Shown: positions 59,092 through 64,000 of the stretch, one piece after another | Position numbering within the stretch: position 1 is the first letter of the stretch | How the letters are laid out: every line of letters starts with the position of its first letter | Assembly: GCA_041640295.1 (NCBI GenBank) | Contig: JBEQAR010000002.1 | Location: 38,101-102,100, forward strand | From: a bacterium | GTDB lineage: Bacteria > Patescibacteriota > Minisyncoccia > UBA6257 > HR35 | Direction of reading: 5' to 3' | Length of the DNA stretch: 64,000 nt | Program-made: the position numbers and the translations under genes | Notes under the pieces: model-generated | Told to the model about the DNA's origin: nothing | What the model saw: only the letters and a program-made list of their open reading frames with translations | Database searches by the model: none

Positions 59092-60546
59092 ATGCTAAAT
59101 CCAGAACTTAAATTAAATCCAAAAATTTTTGATCAAGATGTTGAGCAAAAGCCGATAAGAGATGGTTATGGTGATGCTTTAGTTGAACTTGGAGAAAAAA
59201 ATCCTAATGTTGTTGTTTTAACGGCTGATTTGGCTGAATCAACAAGAGCTCATAAGTTTGCCGAGAAATGGCCAGAAAGATTTATTGAGTGCGGAGTTGC
59301 TGAACAAAATATGGCGGGAATTGCTGCTGGCCTTGCTGTTTCTGGAAAAATTCCTTTTATTTCTTCTTATGCAACTTTTTCTCCTGGTAAAAACTGGGAA
59401 ACAATAAGAACAACAATAATATATAATGATGCAAATGTAAAAATTGCAGGCCATCATTCTGGAATTGTTACTGGTCCTGATGGGGCTACGCACCAGGCAA
59501 CAGAGGATATTGCTATTACAAGATGTTTGCCAAATATAAAAGTTATTTCTCCGTGTGATTACTTCGAAGCAAAAAAAGCAACTTTATATTCAGCTGAAAC
59601 TTATGGACCATTTTATATAAGATATGTAAGAGATAAAACGCCAGTAATTACTACTGAAGAAACACCGTTTAGATTTGGAAAGATTGAATGTTTTTGGTTA
59701 CCGCGGATTAACACGGATAAGACACGGATTGACGCGGATGATGCACGAATAGATGCGGATAAAAATTTATTATATGAGGATTTGACTTATCAATTGAGAA
59801 ATATATTTTTTACAGTATATAACAAAGTAGGAGGTGGTCATAAGGAAATAATTTATAAAAATAGTGTAGAAAATGAGTTAAAAGGTAGAGGGATCAGTTA
59901 TTCAAGGGAACCGGCAATAGAAATAAAGTATAAAGATCAAGCAGCAGGAGTATATAGACCAGATTTTATTATAGATGGAAAAATAATAATTGAAATTAAA
60001 GCTGATAGAAAATTAATCAAAGAGCACATACGTCAAGCCTTTTCTTATCTAAAAGCATCTCCGTATAAATTACTCTTGCTTGTAAATTTTGGATATACAA
60101 AGCTAGAAATAAAAAGGTTTATAGATATGAAAAAATCTAATCCGCGTGAATCCGTGTTCATAGATCCGCGTAGATCCGCGGTAGCTATTTTTTCGACGGG
60201 GCATTTGGTTTATCAAGCGCTGCTTGCAGCTAAAGAATTAGAAGAAGAGGGAATCGATATTTGCGTTTTAAATGTTCATACAATAAAGCCCTTAGATGAA
60301 GAAAAAATTTTAGACGTTGCCAGTAAAGTTAAAGGGATTGTTACCTTGGAGGATCATCAGGTACACGGTGGATTAGGAAGTGCCATTGCTGAAGTCATTG
60401 TTCAAAAAAGTGAGTCTAAACCAAAAATGCTCTTTCTTGGTCTTCAAGATACTTTTGGTGAATCAGGAAAACCTGATGAATTAATCAAAAAATACGGAAT
60501 GGATAAGGAAGCTGTTAAAAATGCTGTTAAAAAATTATTATCTTAA
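59092..60546 (+). CDS. Transketolase C-terminal (Pyr plus C-terminal domain) subunit carrying an in-frame insertion of about 160 aa
   Basis: The N-terminal part (GVAEQNMAGIAAGLAVSGKIPF, HHSGIVTGPDGATHQ) and the C-terminal part (AVAIFSTGHLV...NVHTIKPLDEE) are colinear with transketolase C subunits. The segment between FRFGKIE and AVAIFSTG is foreign. It carries GGGHKEIIY (GxxExxY) and DFIIDGKIIIEIKA (D...ExK). Confidence 0.8.
   Translation: MLNPELKLNPKIFDQDVEQKPIRDGYGDALVELGEKNPNVVVLTADLAESTRAHKFAEKWPERFIECGVAEQNMAGIAAGLAVSGKIPFISSYATFSPGKNWETIRTTIIYNDANVKIAGHHSGIVTGPDGATHQATEDIAITRCLPNIKVISPCDYFEAKKATLYSAETYGPFYIRYVRDKTPVITTEETPFRFGKIECFWLPRINTDKTRIDADDARIDADKNLLYEDLTYQLRNIFFTVYNKVGGGHKEIIYKNSVENELKGRGISYSREPAIEIKYKDQAAGVYRPDFIIDGKIIIEIKADRKLIKEHIRQAFSYLKASPYKLLLLVNFGYTKLEIKRFIDMKKSNPRESVFIDPRRSAVAIFSTGHLVYQALLAAKELEEEGIDICVLNVHTIKPLDEEKILDVASKVKGIVTLEDHQVHGGLGSAIAEVIVQKSESKPKMLFLGLQDTFGESGKPDELIKKYGMDKEAVKNAVKKLLS
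59701..60181 (+). mobile_element. In-frame insertion element inside the transketolase C-terminal gene, bounded by GC-rich imperfect terminal inverted repeats
   Basis: The left arm is ccgcggattaacacggataagacacggattgacgcggat.... The right arm is ...atccgcgtgaatccgtgttcatagatccgcgtagatccgcgg. The reverse complement of the right arm shares ccgcggat and acacggatt(g/c)acgcggat with the left arm. GC content is locally high in an AT-rich gene. The element encodes the GxxExxY/PD-(D/E)XK-like module. Confidence 0.45.
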
Positions 60547-60589
60547 ATATTATGTTCTCATTAGTCCATAGGAAAAAAATTTAAAAAAA

Positions 60590-60770
60590 GATTATTAAAC
60601 TATACAATAATTTTAGAACCAGCCGAAGAAAGTGGTTATGTTGTTATTTACCAGCTTTGCCAGGCTGTGTTACACAAGGAGGTACATTTTAAGAAGCTTT
60701 AGAAATTGCTAAAGATGCTATTTGGGGATATTTAGAATTTTTAAAACTATTAAAAGAATAATTATATTAT
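60590..60770 (+). pseudogene. HicB antitoxin pseudogene, disrupted by a frameshift and a nonsense codon
   Basis: Two frames together read NYTIILEPAEESGYVVIY / PALPGCVTQGGTF*EALEIAKDAIWGYLEFLK. This is colinear with the HicB at 58566 and with the HicB consensus. It has no start codon and no hicA partner. Confidence 0.55.
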
Positions 60771-61040
60771 TAATATAAAAATATAGAATGCCTATTCTAA
60801 AAATTTACACGCTTCAGTATAATTAATATCATTTATTTTTATAATACCAGGCTTTTTACTAATTTAGTTTTATTATCTTAATAAATAAAATTTAAAATCT
60901 CCTTATTCATTAATGTTTATCATAATTAAAATTTTAAAAACGTGGATTTTTATTTGAATTTTAAAATTAAGCGAAAATAGGGTAAAATTAATTTGAAATA
61001 GTTAAAAATAAAGGTCGTTAATTAAATTTATTTTATAAAA

Positions 61041-61322
61041 ATGGTTATTTCGGTAATAAAAAGCGATGGTAATGTAGAAGATTTCAATATCGCTAAACTA
61101 AAAAAATCAATTGAAAATGCAGCTTTGGATGCTGGTTATGAAGAAGATAAAGTATTTCAAATTGTTGAGGATGTTAGCCAATATGTTTTAGAATCAATTA
61201 ATGATTTAGAAAGAGTTGATACAAAATCTATCAGAGATTTGATTTTAAATAAACTTGATCAAGATTATCCTAATATTGCTAAAGCTTGGCGTGATTATGA
61301 CTCTCAAGTAAAAAATCAATGA
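61041..61322 (+). CDS. Stand-alone ATP-cone domain protein
   Basis: The 93-aa sequence VIKSDGNVEDFNIAKLKKSIENA... fits the ATP-cone pattern (V.KR.G..E.F...KI...I). It overlaps the start of the downstream oxidase gene. Confidence 0.5.
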   Translation: MVISVIKSDGNVEDFNIAKLKKSIENAALDAGYEEDKVFQIVEDVSQYVLESINDLERVDTKSIRDLILNKLDQDYPNIAKAWRDYDSQVKNQ

Positions 61323-62950
61323 GTGATGATTTAAAAAATAAGGTTAAGAATTTAATTGAAGGTGATTTATTAGAAACAAGTTATGAAGAATTTAGTTATG
61401 ACAAAAGTCTCTTTAAAATAACTCCGCAGTTTGTTATTTTTCCCAAAAACGAAGAGGATATTAAAAAATTAGTCAATTTCGCTCGAGTAAATAATCTTTA
61501 TCTTACTGCTAGATCAGCTGGGACTGATATGTCTGGTGGTGCGCTTTCTGATTCAATTTTACTTGTTTTTACTAAATACTTTAATAAGATATTTGAAATT
61601 AACGAAACTGAAAAATATGTTATTCTCCAGCCAGGAGTATATTTCCGCGATTTAGAAAAAGAATTGACCAAATATAATTTGCTTATGCCCGCTTATCCTG
61701 CTTCAAAAGAATTATGTGCTATTGGTGGAATGGTTGCGAATAATTCTGGGGGAGAAAAAACAATTAAATATGGAAAGATAGAAAAATATGTTTTAGGTTT
61801 AAATGTTATTTTAGCTGATGGTAATGAATATTACTTTGAAAAAGTAACAGGTGAGAGATTAAAAGAAAAATTATCACTCAAAAATTTTGAAGGTGAAATT
61901 TACCGTCAAATTTATCAGCTAATTAAAAATAATTTAGAATTGATAAGAAACTCCAAACCAAAAGTTTCTAAAAATTCAGCCGGTTATAATATTTGGGATG
62001 TTTACGGTCAAGAAAATAATGAGGAATATTTAGACTTAACTAAAATTTTCGTCGGCGCTCAAGGAACATTAGGAATTATTACTAAAATTAAATTAGCCTT
62101 AATAGAAAAACCTCAAATTAATAAATTAGTAGTTATTTTTCTAAAAAATATTAATCAAATCAATCAAATATTAGACGAATTGCTTAAATTGCAACCTGAT
62201 AGTTTAGAAATTACCGATGATCATACTTTTAAAATATTTATGAAATATTTTAGAGAGATGGCTGAAATATTAGGTTTTAAGGGTATTTTTTCAAACTTAA
62301 AGTTATTTTTGCCAGAGATTAAACTTATTATTACTAAAGGTATTCCTAAATTAATTATTCTTGTTGAATTTGAAAGCAATAGCGAGGAAGAAATTAATAA
62401 AAAAATTAACCAATTGATTTCCTTTAACAAAATAAATAAAATCAATACTATTGTTTGTCAAAATGAAATTGAAAAACAAAAGTATTGGAAGATTAGAAGA
62501 GACACTTATAAATTATTGAGAGAAAAAATTAAAGATAGAATCGCTGCTCCTTTTATTGATGATTTAATAGTTGATCCCCATTATTTTTCTGAATATTTAC
62601 CTCAGCTAATTTCTCTTTTAGATAAATATAATTTCCTTTATACTATTTCAGGACATTTGGGTGACGGTAATCTACATATCATCCCGCTTTTAAATATTAA
62701 AAATGAAAAAGACAAAATTTTTCCAGCAATGGAAGAAATTTATAATTTGACTTTGAAATACAACGGTTCAATTACTGCGGAACATAATGATGGTTTAATT
62801 CGTGGTTGGTATTTGGAAAAAATGTTTGGTACAGAAGTGTTTAATATTTTTTGTGAAATCAAGAAAATTTTTGATCCGTATAATATTTTCAATCGTTACA
62901 AAAAAATTCAAGCAACAAAAGAATATTCTTTTTCTCACTTAATTTCTTAA
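61319..62950 (+). CDS. FAD-binding oxidoreductase (FAD-linked oxidase, GlcD/D-lactate dehydrogenase family)
   Basis: The FAD_binding_4 region reads ARSAGTDMSGGAL and GGMVANNSGGEKTIKYG. A C-terminal oxidase domain follows. Confidence 0.7.
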   Translation: MSDDLKNKVKNLIEGDLLETSYEEFSYDKSLFKITPQFVIFPKNEEDIKKLVNFARVNNLYLTARSAGTDMSGGALSDSILLVFTKYFNKIFEINETEKYVILQPGVYFRDLEKELTKYNLLMPAYPASKELCAIGGMVANNSGGEKTIKYGKIEKYVLGLNVILADGNEYYFEKVTGERLKEKLSLKNFEGEIYRQIYQLIKNNLELIRNSKPKVSKNSAGYNIWDVYGQENNEEYLDLTKIFVGAQGTLGIITKIKLALIEKPQINKLVVIFLKNINQINQILDELLKLQPDSLEITDDHTFKIFMKYFREMAEILGFKGIFSNLKLFLPEIKLIITKGIPKLIILVEFESNSEEEINKKINQLISFNKINKINTIVCQNEIEKQKYWKIRRDTYKLLREKIKDRIAAPFIDDLIVDPHYFSEYLPQLISLLDKYNFLYTISGHLGDGNLHIIPLLNIKNEKDKIFPAMEEIYNLTLKYNGSITAEHNDGLIRGWYLEKMFGTEVFNIFCEIKKIFDPYNIFNRYKKIQATKEYSFSHLIS

Positions 62951-62982
62951 CTTATCTTTGATATAATTTAATTGTTAATTTT

Positions 62983-63053
62983 TGCCGGGTCGTCTAATGG
63001 TAGGACACGAGGCTCTGGACCTCGGAATCTAGGTTCGAATCCTAGCCCGGCAG
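62983..63053 (+). tRNA. tRNA-Gln (anticodon CUG)
   Basis: It has a U1:A72 acceptor pair (UGCCGGG/CCCGGCA), which is characteristic of bacterial tRNA-Gln. The anticodon loop is CUCUGGA and the T-loop is UUCGAAU. Confidence 0.8.
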
Positions 63054-63064
63054 AAAAACAATAT

Positions 63065-63135
63065 TGCGGGGTGGTGTAACGGTAGCACAGCGGCCTTTGG
63101 AGCCGTTAGTCTTGGTTCGAATCCAAGCCCCGCAG
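63065..63135 (+). tRNA. tRNA-Gln (anticodon UUG)
   Basis: It has U1:A72 (UGCGGGG/CCCCGCA). The anticodon loop is CUUUGGA and the T-loop is UUCGAAU. It sits in tandem with the preceding tRNA-Gln. Confidence 0.8.
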
Positions 63136-63144
63136 CAATTAATT

Positions 63145-63597
63145 ATGAGAAAAAACAATAAAGTAGCAATTTATTGTGCTTTTAAAGAAAAAGGAGAAAT
63201 TTTTTATATCCTCGTCCAAAGAAGTAAAAAGCGAGGTGGGTTTTGGCAAGGAATTACAGGTGGAGAAGAGGACTTTGATAATAATGATTTAAATAAAACA
63301 GTTATTAGGGAAATAAAAGAAGAACTAGGTATAAATATTTCAAAAAAACAAATTTTCCCAATACCCTATTCTTTTAAATTTATAAACAGAAAAGGCGTTA
63401 AAGAAACAGAATATTGTTTTGGAGTAATTTTATCTTTAAAGCAGAAGAAAAATATTAGCCTTTCAGATGAACACACTGCTATTATTTATTCAAAAGATCC
63501 AAAATACTTAATATCTCTTTTGAAATTTAAAGAAAATAAAATTGGATTCAAAAAATTCACTAAATTGTTGAAAGAGAGGCTTGAATATTTAAATTAA
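63145..63597 (+). CDS. NUDIX hydrolase
   Basis: The Nudix box is GGEEDFDNNDLNKTVIREIKEELGI (Gx5Ex7REUxEExGU). The start is taken at the ATG at 63145, downstream of the tRNA. The upstream part of the track ORF overlaps tRNA-Gln. Confidence 0.75.
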   Translation: MRKNNKVAIYCAFKEKGEIFYILVQRSKKRGGFWQGITGGEEDFDNNDLNKTVIREIKEELGINISKKQIFPIPYSFKFINRKGVKETEYCFGVILSLKQKKNISLSDEHTAIIYSKDPKYLISLLKFKENKIGFKKFTKLLKERLEYLN

Positions 63598-63628
63598 AAA
63601 TTATCAAATTACCTAATAAATATTTTCT

Positions 63629-64000
63629 ATGAAAACAATTGGTTTTTGTGGATTGCCTAATTCTGGTAAATCAACATTTTTAAAGCTTATAACTCAAACA
63701 GAAACTTTAATTGCTAATTATCCATTTACAACAATATCACCCAAATTAGCTAAAGGTTATTTTAAATCCGATAATTTATTAAAACTTCATTCTTTAACCA
63801 AAACACCACAATTAATTCCTGCTCATCTTAATTTTTTAGATGTTCCCGGTTTAATTCGTGGTTCTCACAAGGGTTTAGGTTTAGGAAATGAATTTTTAAG
63901 CTATTTAAGACAAGCTGATGTTGTTTTAGAGATTGTAAGAAATTTTAAAAGAGAAGATGTTATTCATAGTGAAGGAAAAATTGATCCCGAAAGAGATATT
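63629..64000 (+). CDS. ychF: Ribosome-binding ATPase YchF (Obg-family GTPase/ATPase), 3' end cut by the window
   Basis: The sequence MKTIGFCGLPNSGKSTFLKLIT...NYPFTTISP...FLDVPGLIRGSHKGLGLGNEFLSYLRQADV is colinear with the YchF G1-G3 motifs. Confidence 0.85.
   Translation, partial: MKTIGFCGLPNSGKSTFLKLITQTETLIANYPFTTISPKLAKGYFKSDNLLKLHSLTKTPQLIPAHLNFLDVPGLIRGSHKGLGLGNEFLSYLRQADVVLEIVRNFKREDVIHSEGKIDPERDI

Noticed and set aside
59092-60546. Intein in the transketolase C subunit
   Set aside because: The insert starts with Cys, but it has no C-terminal HN plus nucleophile junction and no Hint or homing-endonuclease blocks. It is more consistent with a TIR-bounded DNA insertion.
63064-63144. N-terminal 27 codons of track ORF 63064-63597
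   Set aside because: They overlap tRNA-Gln(UUG). The NUDIX protein starts at the ATG at 63145.

Overview
This is a very AT-rich (~28-30% GC by eye) bacterial chromosomal segment read with the standard genetic code. Genes are small and tightly packed, and most are housekeeping genes. The overall look fits a reduced-genome bacterium of the CPR/Patescibacteria type, but that is an inference and not something I could test here.

I could support the following from the sequence. On the minus strand lies a string recA-ssb-rpsF-(5S rRNA)-rnhA-nth-thyX. A secreted repeat protein sits next to a Cys-rich partner. An infC-rpmI pair is present, and infC needs a non-AUG start. There is a ribosomal/RNAP block infA-rpmJ-rpsM-rpsK-rpsD-rpoA-rplQ-rpsP...rpsT. 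Other genes include nusA, ppa, ileS, dprA, gyrB, hisS, lepB, pth, def-fmt, a type IV pilin, a CheY-like regulator and clpP. A 16S rRNA gene on the minus strand has a tRNA-Phe upstream of it, and no 23S gene follows it in this window. A cell-shape cluster contains two mreB paralogs plus mreC, mreD and a PBP2. Further genes are frr-rseP-proS, htrA, gatA and a split transketolase. I found eight tRNAs, and none of them encodes its CCA tail.

The observations I rate most interesting:
- A histidine-phosphatase (RHG-motif) domain is inserted in frame inside IleRS.
- An in-frame insertion of about 160 aa, flanked by GC-rich inverted repeats and carrying a GxxExxY/PD-(D/E)XK-like module, sits inside the transketolase C-terminal subunit.
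- That same locus is littered with toxin-antitoxin cassettes (a PIN pair, hicBA and a decayed hicB) and holds a decayed duplicate of the transketolase-C 5' end.
- The 16S 3' tail appears to lack the CCUCC anti-Shine-Dalgarno, and the genes in the window rarely have an SD.
- The RNAP alpha subunit lacks a C-terminal domain.
- A PriA-like protein has degenerate Walker A and DEAH motifs.

I saw no CRISPR array, transposase or integrase.
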